A DNA stretch of 64,000 nt from Eledone cirrhosa (lineage: Eukaryota): the NCBI GenBank assembly GCA_964016885.1, contig OZ024743.1, positions 13,640,001 through 13,704,000 of the forward strand, in the 5' to 3' direction. This document shows positions 49,464-61,538 of the stretch, piece after piece. Under the pieces are notes generated by a model. It did no database searches. It was not told the DNA's origin and saw nothing but the letters and a program-made list of their open reading frames with translations. Within the stretch, counting starts at the first letter, position 1. Each line of letters opens with the position of its first letter. Both the position numbers and the translations under genes were made by a program.

Positions 49464-50202
49464 ATACATTCACATACATATGCAAGATGCTTTGTGGTGA
49501 TGTAGATAAAGGTCGCCTTCAAATACTCCTTGCGCCTATGTACAGGTTAAATATATGCAGCACACCTTTCCTCCAGCTGTCATAATAATTTAATGTACCC
49601 CTGAGTAACAAGCAGGAATCTCCAGAGGATTACTGTGTTTGCTCGAGTTTAAACCGACAACTAAAATAGGAGCGAATATACGGAGAAACTGGCAGGTTGA
49701 GAATACCAGAAGCTGTTAAATGCACATCTGCACATTGGGGATCTGGGCGTGACGGCTGTTAATTACGCTGTGTGGTGAGATCCGGAAGTACCATTTACAG
49801 ATTGCGTTGCTTGACACAAATTAGGTACACTGTGACAAAACGAGAGATAAAAACCTCTGACTCATATTAAATTAATCGAACCAGGGTACCACACATGATG
49901 CGCTATTTCTTCTCAATAAGCAATAAAGAATGAGTGAAAAAGGAAGTAAACACATTAGTCTTAATTTTGGATGAGTAGAAAAGTCGAACACTAAAAATAA
50001 TCGTTGAGGTCGTTTCTTAACTTTGCAGGATCTTCTTCTACATTTATGGTAAGTAGTTATTTCAGTCCATCAACGAAATTTGTATCTAGCATGATACTGT
50101 TAATTATTGAAGCTCTTTTTAGTTTATTTGGCGACTGTGGAAGACATTTTTGAACGCTATTATATTGCTTCAGTGCAGAACATGGTAACATTATTTCAGC
50201 GT

Positions 50203-50355
50203 AGGACGCCATGCTTTCCAGCATAGTTACGTCCCTTTACGATCTGAGTTCAAATCCCGCCGAGGTTGACTTTGCCTTTATTCCTTACGGGGTCGATAAA
50301 ATAAAGTACCAGTAATGCACTGGGTTATGGTGGCCTTGTGCCTAAATTAGAAACA
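50203..50355 (+). mobile_element. SINE copy (slightly 5'-truncated)
   Basis: Same family as 22997. ATTATTTC near both ends (50190-50197, 50356-50363). Confidence 0.85.
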
Positions 50356-51980
50356 ATTATTTCTCATAGTCTACAATATGAACGGCAATAAGAAAACGAA
50401 AAATAAAAAAAAAAATAAATGATTGAATGACTATAAAATAATCAGGAAAAACACTACAGATATTTAAACACACAACAGGAATAGGAAGGCAAATGATCTA
50501 GGGTCACAGTACAATGGGAGGGGGAAGGTGAAAAGGTGATGTGCTCTGGGCGTAGGGAGCGACGGTGCTTGGGCTTTGCCCCACGGACAGGAACAGTTGA
50601 TGTAAATAATTATATACGCGCTTCAAGGAATTTCCTTTTCGGGCATTCACGTAGTCTCCCACTGTAATCAACCTATATGGCAATTGAATAGTATACATTA
50701 TAATATATTCGTAGATAGGCTATGCGGTTCAAATTCGCGCATAATTTATAAAATATCTGAGTAAATAATCCACTAATTGTAAGTATGCACACGTACATAC
50801 ACGCACTCACACTCACACACCCGTACACACACACACCCGTACACACACACACCTACACACCACACTCACACACACGTATATATACACATACACATATACA
50901 TATACATATGTACGTATGGGTTATATCGAACATTAATAATAATATTAGATTCGTTTGTAAACAAACGGCCCGATTAAAGCTGAGCCGTGCAAATGACCCA
51001 TCGTCATCTGTTTGTTCAACACTGGCATCGAGGAACAATCAACATGTAATTAATTACTATATTCATTAATTCTACCTCATTTCGATGTAACAGGCATTAT
51101 AATACGGGAGAAATGGATATTATATGAGGTTATTATAACAGACGTTGAGGCAACAAATATAAAGCAGGGTTAGGGTTAGGGAGTCCAGGTTTGAAGCGGA
51201 ATCATTATTTTTCTCAATTCATTGGGTTGTTCTAGATTAAGGCCTATGTTAGTTGATTGGTAGTATAATAACAAATATGCCGTCTTCTTCGGCATTTTGA
51301 CTTTTAAAATACAATTTCTCTATTGCTTTACATTAAATTGAATCATTTATATGTAGGGAAAACAGATACGATTAATATTCGTCACTTATACAAAACAGCT
51401 TACGTAAACACACACACAAACACACACAAACACACACTCCCTCTCTCTCACACACACTCCCTCTCTCTCTCACACACACACACTCTCTCTTTCTCACACA
51501 CACACGCACAAACAAATGTATATATATATTTATACGTGTTTGTTGGTGTATCTATATAGTTTTTCTAAAAGCATTAATGCTTGAGTTATCAGATGATCGC
51601 CTGAACATAATACATAAAGCCTTCTAGATAATATAAAATTTCAAAGAGACAAGGATATTCACTTCCGTTTACTTTAAATAGCCTAATAAATATTTACATT
51701 TCAGACATAAAGCTACAAACCTTCCTACATATTAATCTAACAGTTATGGATACATTTATATATTTACTTACGCTAGTATTTAAGATTCGTAGGACAGGAT
51801 ATGACCCTACACAGGAAATACAGATAGTAATAAAAGTTTGCAAGTAATTACGAATATCATAAGATATAAGATATTATTGAACTCAAATAAATAACTGAAC
51901 ATGTTACTCATTGTCAACTATAGCAGATTAACCCTTTATAAAAAACGTTTTATATGTATACCTGTTGTAAAATAGGCAAC

Positions 51981-52073
51981 CAGATATACTATATAATTTT
52001 ATGTGAGAATATGTTTCAACAGCCCTCATGCACAATCACTCACAAACAACTGAACTCACATGCCACCACTTTA

Positions 52074-52135
<62 letters not shown>

Positions 52136-52301
52136 TTATCTATAGACTCCACCGCAACATTCTATAGAGCGCTGGTACGCAGCAGGTGCGACGACGCCCT
52201 CGGAGAAGCAGATATACTATATAATTTTATGTGAGAATATGTTTCAACAGCCCTCATGCACAATCACTCACAAACAACTGAACTCACATTCCACCACTTT
52301 A

Positions 52302-52395
<94 letters not shown>

Positions 52396-52561
52396 TTATC
52401 TATAGACTCCACCGCAACATTCTATAGAGGGCTGGTACGCAGCAGGTGCGACGACGCCCTCGGAGAAGCAGATATACTATATAATTTTATGTGAGAATAT
52501 GTTTCAACAGCCCTCATGCACAATCACTCACAAACAACTGAACTCACATGCTACCACTTTA

Positions 52562-52646
<85 letters not shown>
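51981..52646 (+). repeat. Tandem triplication of [flank + (ATCT)n + 5' tip of Tx1-C]
   Basis: Units start at 51981, 52209 and 52469. Units 1-2 contain TAGACTCCACCGCAACATTC...CGGAGAAG matching 58457-58522. Confidence 0.92.
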
Positions 52647-52647
<1 letters not shown>

Positions 52648-52881
52648 AATAATCTAGCTGTCGTCTGTTCTACAGTGTGGGTGTCATTCACTTCGCACAG
52701 AAGTTTTGTTCAAATTTATTGAGGAAATTTTGTGAGTTCAAACTTAATTTTGATACAATTGTGTAGCTTGACCCTCCGTCTGAACTGTCAGGCGGTGGGT
52801 CAGCTCATCTTTACCCCTCCTAGAGGTGAAAAACCTGTTTTAAAAAAATTTTGTGTAAAAAATTTCAATCGTCTAACAGAA

Positions 52882-54769
52882 ATGTTAAACGCAGCGAACG
52901 AAAATAGTGGTGGGGGGACAGCGGTAAGAGTTGTAAGCTCGCATGCTTTAGTCCTCCCTTCCTTCCCAACTAACGTCATAGAGAAGGAAGGAAAAATGAA
53001 AATAAAAACGGACGAATCTGCGGAGAAAAAATTAAATGACGAAAACATAAATCTGGACTTGGATTCCAACAACGAAAAAAAAAAATTTGAAAAATTGCAT
53101 GACAATACTAATAACACAAACAAAGACACAACAAAAAAATAACAGTTGAAAATAACACCATATCAGAAAACAAAGCAGACGACAAGATTTCATTTGCACA
53201 GAAAACAAAGAAATCTTTGACTTATATAGCGGAAAACATTTCAGATGTGGTACGAAGGATCACGGACGCCAAACAATACATAAGTGAAGGTGAGAATGGT
53301 ATTTTATTGGTAAAAATGCCTCAAGAATTCACGAAAGACATTGAAAGCCGAACGGTCAAGTTTCGGACCATCAACAACAGTACAAAAAAACCTGAACAGC
53401 CTTCTCAAGCAGATATCAAAACAGTACTCACAGAAGTACTGAATGAAACAACTTTCATAAGAAAAGACAGACTGTATGGAAGCCTAGCAATTATCATGAA
53501 GAACGAATCGGCGGCAAAAAAATGTGCTTTGTCACCGATTCGTTCGAAAAATTTCACCTTTTATCCATCTTATATGGGTAAAAGAACTCAACGCATATGG
53601 CTGGATGCAATGATGCCAGATGTGGACTACTGCTGGCTCATAGCTGGCTTCATCGATCCAGTGAATGACAACGTGATTTCCATTGGGAAAACCACAGGCA
53701 ATGCGTTCAGTGGAACAGGTATAGAGCTGGTAGTACAAATGAAGCCTGAACGCATCGCCCAAATACCCGACAGAATCCTATTAGAGGACCACGGGTATAT
53801 AAACATTAGCGTGGAGGGGAGAAGGCCGTCCTGCCATATCTGTGCAGGCAGAGGGCACCTGAAGGCCGCTTGTCCCCAATTCAACAAAAAGAAAACCCTG
53901 CTACCAACACCAGCTCCACCACCACCACCACAACAGATAAACAAACAACAAATCTCAGTCCCACCCAACCCGTCCCTCAGTAAAACCACAACACAAACAG
54001 TCACAACACATTACCCCAAAACAAAATACAGGCCCACCCAACCTCTCACTCAATAAAACAACACAACCACCGCAGACACAACACACAACACAGTCTAACA
54101 TAGTGACATCCATCTCCCCCACAAAGAAAACCAACACGGAAACATTACCAGCAAACATACCTCTTCTCTCCAACACTGAAGATAACCCAACGAATTCGGA
54201 GGAAGAAACGGAGTCCTTCAGACAGATTAAAAGGAAAAAAAGAAAACATGTGCAAAACACACAAGGACAAACAACCCCCACCCAAATCGCAACACAATCC
54301 AACAAAACAGAAAACACCCCTCCAGCAACAAACAAAACCAAACCTGCCCCTCCCCTCTTCGAAACACTCACACCATCGGAAAAAAAGACATTACACTATA
54401 CTTACATCAACGGAAACAATAATAAATTAAATGAACTCATATACAATAATCCTTCGGTACAAACCGAAGGTGTAAACTTTGTTTCGTCAGAAAACCACCC
54501 ACATTTAAAACTAATAAAAATCCCAATGAACCTCTACCAAAAACTAAAAAAAGGATTTTAAGGAGGACGTAGGACCACCCTCTGTCAAACCCATAAACCG
54601 CGTCGTAGTAAAAAGCTTTCCCCCTCCCCTTCCCCTCCCCAACACAACTCCAAACACCCCAACCCCACCACACACTGACGACCCCACACCACCACAAGAC
54701 ACCCCTTCACCCAACACCCCCGACCCCATGGAAGTCGTGCAACCCGAACCCCGGGAAGCGGAAAGGTAG
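52882..54769 (+). pseudogene. Tx1-B ORF1 (frameshifted)
   Basis: Pieces 52732-53142, 53217-54056, 54103-54561 and a tail to TAG at 54769. Knuckle CHICAGRGHLKAAC; collinear with Tx1-D ORF1. Confidence 0.85.
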
Positions 54770-54802
54770 GTCTCTACACTCTCCTTTGGCTCTGCCGCCC
54801 AC

Positions 54803-57800
54803 ATGGATGTGTTAAGAGTAGGATGTTTGAATGCACGTGGCCTGGGCTCAACTTGGAAGCAAGCAAAGCTTCTAAATGACCTCAGGTCATGTAGTATAAA
54901 TGTAATGGTTATCTGTGAGACTCGAATCAGCGTCATGCGGCAGCTGGCCCCCACCTTCGATGACTTTGAGGTGCATGCATCTCTCTGTCAACCTGGAGGT
55001 GGGGGTGGGGTTGTCGTACTGCTGCAAAAACACCTGGGTCTTGCCGTACAGGTTGTGCACTCGGACCCGGAGGGTCGTTTGTTGGTGCTAGACGTTGGCA
55101 GTAGTGAAAGTGCGGCCTTGAGACTGGTCGCCGTCTACTCCCCTTTCGGAGCTGAACGGCCCGACTTCTTCCAATGTTTGGAGACTTTTCTGGGAACGTC
55201 GCGTTCCCTGCTTCTAGCGGGGGATTGGAATGACATCCTGGATGCACGTTGGGACTATGCAGGAGCATGTCCTAATAGAGGGGGGTGTAACAGCCTCAAG
55301 GGGTTACTCGACCGTTTTAACTTGGTCGATAGATATCGACTAGATTTTCCAACTGTGCCTACCTGGACTTGGAGAAACCACAGTGGTCAATCTAGATCGT
55401 ACTTAGATAGATTCTTAGTTAGAAGTAAGGATAGGGACATATTAAGCTGTCCAGAAATGCGCACGGTTGGCTACACGGATCACAAATTAGTGACCTGCGT
55501 GGTCAATCTCGAGAAAACACATAGACAGGGTCCCGGTTACTGGAAACTTAATTTGTATTTACCGGCAAAAGAGACTTACAGAAACCGGATTAGCAGATTA
55601 GTTAAGGAGAGGTTGACGGGTGCAATCGTCAACAACCGATGGTGGGCATCTCTCAAAAGAGAGATTAGAACAGAATCAATAAGTTATAGCAAGATGTTAG
55701 CTGCCGATAGGAATAGAAACGAGAAAGAATTAACAGGTAAATTAGAAGAGGCAATCAAGAGCGAAGATGTGGCCAGAGTGCTGGCATCGAGGACGGCCTT
55801 GAACCAGTTTTTCGATGCAAAGCATGAAGGCTGCGTCATTCGAAGTAAAATACGTGCTCTAGGTAATGAGGGGGCCAAAGCCGTTGGATGGGCCCGCGTG
55901 ACAGAAGCTAAGAGTGGAAATCGATCCACCATCCGGTCGTTGCAAGACGAAGATGGACGAGTGATCCGGGAGCCTAAGCAGATGTGCGAGGCCTTTCAAA
56001 AGCACTTTGCCCGATTGTTCGGGGGAGGCGAGGGTCCGGGCCGGGGCGTGGATTTCGGTCCATACCTCGACGGCCTGCCGCGTCTCTCGAACAAAGAGGC
56101 AGAGTCCTGCGAGGGACCAATCTCGGCTGATGAGATCGGAGATGCGCTGAGCCAATGCAGCAGACGCAAATCTCCAGGTCTCGATGGTATACCTTACGAA
56201 CTTTATTTAGCAATGCCGGTCTTCTTCTCCGAACTCCTCGAAGCGGTCTACTGCAATTGGGAGCAGAACGGGAGAATTCCTTGTTCTGTAGCCAAGGGCA
56301 TAGTCACGCTGGTGAGGAAGGACGAGAACAAGGGGGATAGTATAAATAATTTTCGGCCCATAGCCCTGCTAAACACAGAGTTAAAGATTTTGGCCAAGGT
56401 GTTAGCAAAGAGGTTGGCGCTTGTCGTGGGTGGCCTGGTGGGAGATGCGCAGACATGTGCTATCCCATCCAGGTCCATTCACGATAACCTCCACCTCATG
56501 CGATACATCATAGAGAGGGTTGGCAACAAACCCGGCTTCGGTGGGGCCCTGATCAACTTGGATCAGTCTAAGGCCTTCGATAGGGTCGACCATGGTCACC
56601 TGGATGCGGTGCTAGCGGCGGCTGGGTTCGGTCCTGTTTTCAGAGGCTGGATCACTGCCCTACATAGCAACCACATCTGTTCTAGGATCAAGGTGAACGG
56701 CTACCTTTCGAAGCCGTTCGAAATCACACGATCCATTCGACAGGGGTGCCCTATCTCCTCCCTTCTGTACGTATTGACTCTCGAGCCTTTACTGAGGAAG
56801 TTGGAGTTGTTGCAGGGTATCCCCCTGGAACCAGGATTGAGCAAACGTAACAGTAATGGTATCAACCGACTCGGAGATCGAGGCGATCGGTACCTTACTG
56901 GAGGAGTACGAAAGGTTGTCAGGAGCGAAACTGAACCGGGAAAAATCCATCGGGCTGCAACTCGGAACGTGGAGAGGCAAACCGATGCCTCCTGACGGTG
57001 TCGTCGGACACTGGACGGAGGGCCCGGTAAAGTTGCTTGGGGTCTGGTTTGGACCGGACCTCCAGGTGGAAAAGAACTGGAACGAGGTTACGAACAAGGT
57101 GTTTGCACTAACCCAGAAATGGGCCAAGTGTAAGCTGTCCCTAAAAGGCCGGGCGGAGGTGGCGAACATTTACATAGCGTCCGTCACTTACTACCGCCTG
57201 ACTGTCGTGCCTTGCCCTAAGGAAACACTCACCACCATGGAACGCATGCTCTTCCAATTTCTTTGGAAGAAGCGTCCTCCTATGGTGAGAAGATCCATCT
57301 GCTGCCAACAACCTTCGAAAGGAGGGCTGGGGATGCCGTGGTTGATGATGCGTAGGCACGCATTAAGGCTACGGCACCTACAGGTATTCCTCACTGGTCA
57401 ACCGGTGTGGGCTCCGTTCGTGAAACGAGCCTTTCCGAGACTCGTCTCACTCACCGAGCTACAGTCCTGGGTCAAGCAAAGATCCGGAAAACTGGGAGAC
57501 TGGCACACTGAGTGTGCTCCGGCGCTCAGGGCTCTCTGGCAAGCGGGCCAGGCCATCGGTGGAGAATCCACCTCATCATTCTATAGAGGGCTGGTGGCTA
57601 GCAGGGGCGATGACACCCTTGGAGAGTCGCTGGACATGGAAGAAGACGAACTGGCCAGCCTGTTCGGTAGGACTTTCGGCCCAGGACCAATGGACAACTT
57701 CCAGAAGTCACTGGCCTGGCAGTGCTACCGAGTGGCTCTACCCGTTCGAGAGAGGCTCTACAGACACGGGCGCCCGGGCAGGGATCCCTCAAAAAAGATT

Positions 57801-58217
57801 TGCCCTAGATGCGTGCGTCACGAAGAAACCGTAGCGCATGCATTGGTGCAATGTCCGGGCGTGGCTGATCTGTGGGGCTACGCCGAACAACTGCTGTCGC
57901 GGGTGGCGCCGATTAAATTGACCGCCGAGTCCGTGATGACAATCAAACCGCCTCCCCTCTTCACAAAGGAAGCAAAGGCGGTTTTTCTGTGCGTAATAGC
58001 CATGTTGAAAGAGGTTGTTTGGTGGACACGATTGAAAGGTCTGAGGTCAGGCAACTTCCTCTCTGGCCATAGTCTGGTCTACTTCTTCCGATATCACTTC
58101 GGAAGAAGGATAAGAATGGAGAGAGAGGTGCTTGGCCACAGGCAGTTTTATGAAAGGTGGGTGATAGTGGCGAGAATGGCTCGTGTAAATGGGCCTTCTC
58201 TGTATACCATCCTGTAG
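54803..58217 (+). pseudogene. Tx1-B ORF2 (APE-RT-zinc finger), split by a 23-bp deletion of the YADD motif
   Basis: ORFs 54803-56995 and 56856-58217 are collinear with Tx1-A ORF2; junction at 56845/56846. Confidence 0.93.
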
Positions 58218-58457
58218 GTAAAGAAGTAAAGGAGAGGGGAGCACCTTCTCCATGTGCTCCCCGGGCAAAGGATTGCACACTTTTTCGGAGGTGTGTGCAA
58301 CCCCCATCACGTCCCCTCCCTTTTGAGGTTATTTTCGATTATTTTCATGTTACACCCTTTTTACTCGATTATATGTAAACTTCCCCTTTGTATTTGTCCC
58401 TTCTTTTTATGCCTTTATGGTAAATAAAGAAATCTATCTATCTATCTATCTATCTAT

Positions 58458-59375
58458 AGACTCCACCGCAACATTCTATAGAGGGCTGGTACGCAGCAGG
58501 TGCGACGACGCCCTCGGAGAAGCCCTAGACATGGAGGAGGACGAACTGGCCAGCCTGTTCGGTAGGACATTCAACCCGGGACCTATGGACAACTTCCAGA
58601 AGTCCCTGGCCTGGCAGTGCTACCGAGGGGCTTTACCCGTTCGAGAAAGGCTCTACAGACACGGGCGCCCGGGTAGGGACCCCGCCAAAAAGATCTGTCC
58701 CAGATGCGTGTGCGACGAGGAAACCGTTGCACACGCATTGGTACACTGCTCGGGCGTAGCCGATCTGTGGGGCTATGTCGAACAACTGCTGTCAAGGGTG
58801 GGACCGATCCGGTTGACCACCGAGTCTATTGTAATGATCAAGCCGCCTCCCCCCTTCAAAGATGAAGCAGAGGCGGTGTTTCTGTGCGTAATAGCCATGG
58901 CGAAAGAGGTTGTATGGTGGACGCGTCTGAAAGGACTGAGGTCAGGCACCTTTCTCTCTGGCCAACAACTGGTCCGTTTCTTCCGATATCATTTCGGAAG
59001 AAGGATCAGGATGGAGAGAGAGGTGCTGCACCCCAGCCGTTTCTATGAAAGATGGGTGAAAGTGGCGAGAATGGCCCGTGTGAATGGGCCTTCACTCTAC
59101 ATCAGACTATAGGTGAGGAAGATGAAAGACCAAGGGAGCACCCCTTCTCTGTGCTCCTGAGGAGAAGGGTTGCACACTTTTTTCGGGGGTGTGTGCGACC
59201 CCCCAAGGCGCCTCCTCTCTATTGAGGATTTTGTTATAAATTTTATTTTTTGTTATATCTTATTTTATTTTTATATTTTGTTATTGCCTCCTCCTTATTG
59301 AGGACGCCTTTTTGTGTAAACTCCCCCCTTTGTACTTGTCCCACTTTTGATGCCCTAGTGGCAAATAAAAGAAAC
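58458..59375 (+). mobile_element. 5'-truncated Tx1-like element (Tx1-C), bounded by (ATCT)n
   Basis: Open ORF2 C-terminus to 59112 (CPRC..HALVHC), 3'UTR ending AATAAAAGAAAATC-like (AATAAAAGAAAC), then ATCTATCT. Confidence 0.93.
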
Positions 59376-59407
<32 letters not shown>

Positions 59408-59619
59408 GTCTAACGTGTGGAATATCGCCGGTAAGTTTTTTGTTAATTTCTATGCAAAAAACCGATCTAATTGTTTGAAAAAAATACAACACTTTGTAGA
59501 TTAACCCCCAAGCTGAATTGTCAGCTGGGTGGTAATCCCATTTTTCGCCCCTGTAGGGGCGAAAATTTTATTTAAAAGTTTGTCTTAAAATATCAAATTT
59601 TACAAAGTAAAAAAAAAAC

Positions 59620-61497
59620 TTGAGCAACACTAGAACGCTGGAGAACGTTAATAGTGAAAAGAGAGAGAAAGAGGCAGATATTAACGTTATATCTGCTTCT
59701 GCTGCTATGGACGTTGCCATAGATACTGTCACAAAAGAAAAAAATATATCAACATTTGAAAATGTTACAATTTCTACCGCCGAAGCGGAGAAAAATGACA
59801 ATAACACACGGGAAAACACGGCAAAAAAACCCATTGACATACATACACATGAAAAAGACATCAACAACTCTACAGATACATCTACACATAAAATTTCCAA
59901 CAACGATAACATCATTATTAACAACAACATCACACAAAAAAAGAAAATGTCTTTTGCTGACACAGTCAACAAGAAACAAGATTTTATAAATCTTGATATC
60001 TCCAACGCAAGAGATATGCTCCAGCAAGGGAGAAAATTTGTAACTTTCGAAGAAAGAGGTGGGTTTAGAATTAACTCACCCCTTGAAATAAAGGAAGACA
60101 CAAACCGCCGATCAGTCACTTTTAGGACTGTGTCAAATTCGTCAAGAAAACCGACATTTGTTAATCAGTCAGATATAGAAGATTCTTTCAAGGAGATTCT
60201 AGGAAATGTCGATTTTCTCCAGCGAGGAAAACAGTACGGAAGCGTTTCCGTACTGTTTAAAAGCGAGACACTGGCCCCAAAAATCTCTGTGACACCAATA
60301 GTGTCAAAAGCATACACCTTTTTCCCTACATACATGGGGAAAAGGACACAAAAAATAAAAATAAAAAACATACCTCCAAGCATTAACATCTGGTGGATCT
60401 TGGCTGGCTTCGTAGAGCCAGAAACAGACACAATACTTTCGATACGAAAATCCATTCGACAAAGGTGGGCGGGCACCGATTTGGAGATTCTGTTGCAAAT
60501 GAAACCGGAGAGAATCTCCAAAATACCCGAAAGAGTCGTTATTGATAATAACAACAAAATAAACATTTCGGTAGAAGGAAGAAAATTTCACTGCTTTCGC
60601 TGTGGTAGCACATCTCACATAAAAGCCTCTTGTCCACAAACACACAACAGCAACATCATAAAAAAAACGCTATTACCAACACCAACACCAAAACAACCAC
60701 CACCACCACCACAAGTACAACGACAGACGAAACGAGCAACCACACCAAAACAAACAGACACTCAACCAACAACAACAGAAAAAACAGAGACAACACCCCT
60801 GAAGAACACATCCCCACTCCATCCCACTCCATCAAACACTACCACAAACACACATACCGAAACACCACCACCACCACACAACATACCCTTACCCCACACA
60901 CCTGACGATGATTATTCATCGACGGATGAAGCTGCTTCTCCTTCTTTAAGTGAAGAAGAGGGAGAACCGCGTAAATCCAAAAAACAAAAAAAGAGACACC
61001 ACAAAACCCCCAAAACTCCAATCACCAACACCAACACACAACCACAGACACAAACAACAACACAAACAACACCACAGTCAAACACCCCCCTATCAGCAAA
61101 ACCAGCACCAACACCACCCCAAACACAAGCACCCACCATAAAAAGAAAACTCCCAGGTGAACAACAAACTAAATCAATACAACAAAAACACAAACAACAA
61201 TACGCATACATCAACACAAACAACAAGAGTTTGATGGAGGTCATCTCCCAAAACCCCAAGGTGGAGACGGAGGGCAAAACTTTCGTCAAGGCAGAATCGT
61301 CTCCACACCTTAAACTTATAACGGTTTCTATGGAAACCTATAAAGACCTGAAAATTAAATTTTCACAGGACGTGGGCAACCCCTGCCACAAACCCATCAA
61401 CCGCGTCCTGTTGAAAGGTTTCCCCACCCCACCCAACACCCCATCCAGCACCCAAATGGAGATTGAACAACCCGATCTCCAGGAAACGAAAAGGTAA
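59620..61497 (+). CDS. Tx1-D ORF1
   Basis: Open frame (first ATG at 59707); knuckle CFRCGSTSHIKASC; P/T-rich arm. Confidence 0.9.
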   Translation: MSNTRTLENVNSEKREKEADINVISASAAMDVAIDTVTKEKNISTFENVTISTAEAEKNDNNTRENTAKKPIDIHTHEKDINNSTDTSTHKISNNDNIIINNNITQKKKMSFADTVNKKQDFINLDISNARDMLQQGRKFVTFEERGGFRINSPLEIKEDTNRRSVTFRTVSNSSRKPTFVNQSDIEDSFKEILGNVDFLQRGKQYGSVSVLFKSETLAPKISVTPIVSKAYTFFPTYMGKRTQKIKIKNIPPSINIWWILAGFVEPETDTILSIRKSIRQRWAGTDLEILLQMKPERISKIPERVVIDNNNKINISVEGRKFHCFRCGSTSHIKASCPQTHNSNIIKKTLLPTPTPKQPPPPPQVQRQTKRATTPKQTDTQPTTTEKTETTPLKNTSPLHPTPSNTTTNTHTETPPPPHNIPLPHTPDDDYSSTDEAASPSLSEEEGEPRKSKKQKKRHHKTPKTPITNTNTQPQTQTTTQTTPQSNTPLSAKPAPTPPQTQAPTIKRKLPGEQQTKSIQQKHKQQYAYINTNNKSLMEVISQNPKVETEGKTFVKAESSPHLKLITVSMETYKDLKIKFSQDVGNPCHKPINRVLLKGFPTPPNTPSSTQMEIEQPDLQETKR

Positions 61498-61538
61498 GTG
61501 CACCTTTCGTCCTTTTTCTCCAACTTTTCTTCACCAAC

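Larger units (their letters stand above)
52660..58434 (+). mobile_element. Full-length but disrupted Tx1-like element (Tx1-B), bounded by (ATCT)n
   Basis: 5'UTR, frameshifted ORF1, ORF2 with deletion, 3'UTR ending AATAAAGAAATC followed by TATCTATC. Confidence 0.93.

Noticed and set aside
51166-51181. AGGGTTAGGGTTAGGG telomere-like repeat
   Set aside because: Under three units; compatible with chance.
51981-52646. Repeat-spacer appearance suggestive of a CRISPR-like array
   Set aside because: Units are whole tandem duplicates with identical intervening sequence, in a eukaryotic TE context with no cas genes.
52882-54769. Programmed frameshifting in Tx1-B ORF1
   Set aside because: Breaks fall in or near A-runs and the paralogous ORF1s in Tx1-A and Tx1-D are open; decay or homopolymer sequencing error is more likely.
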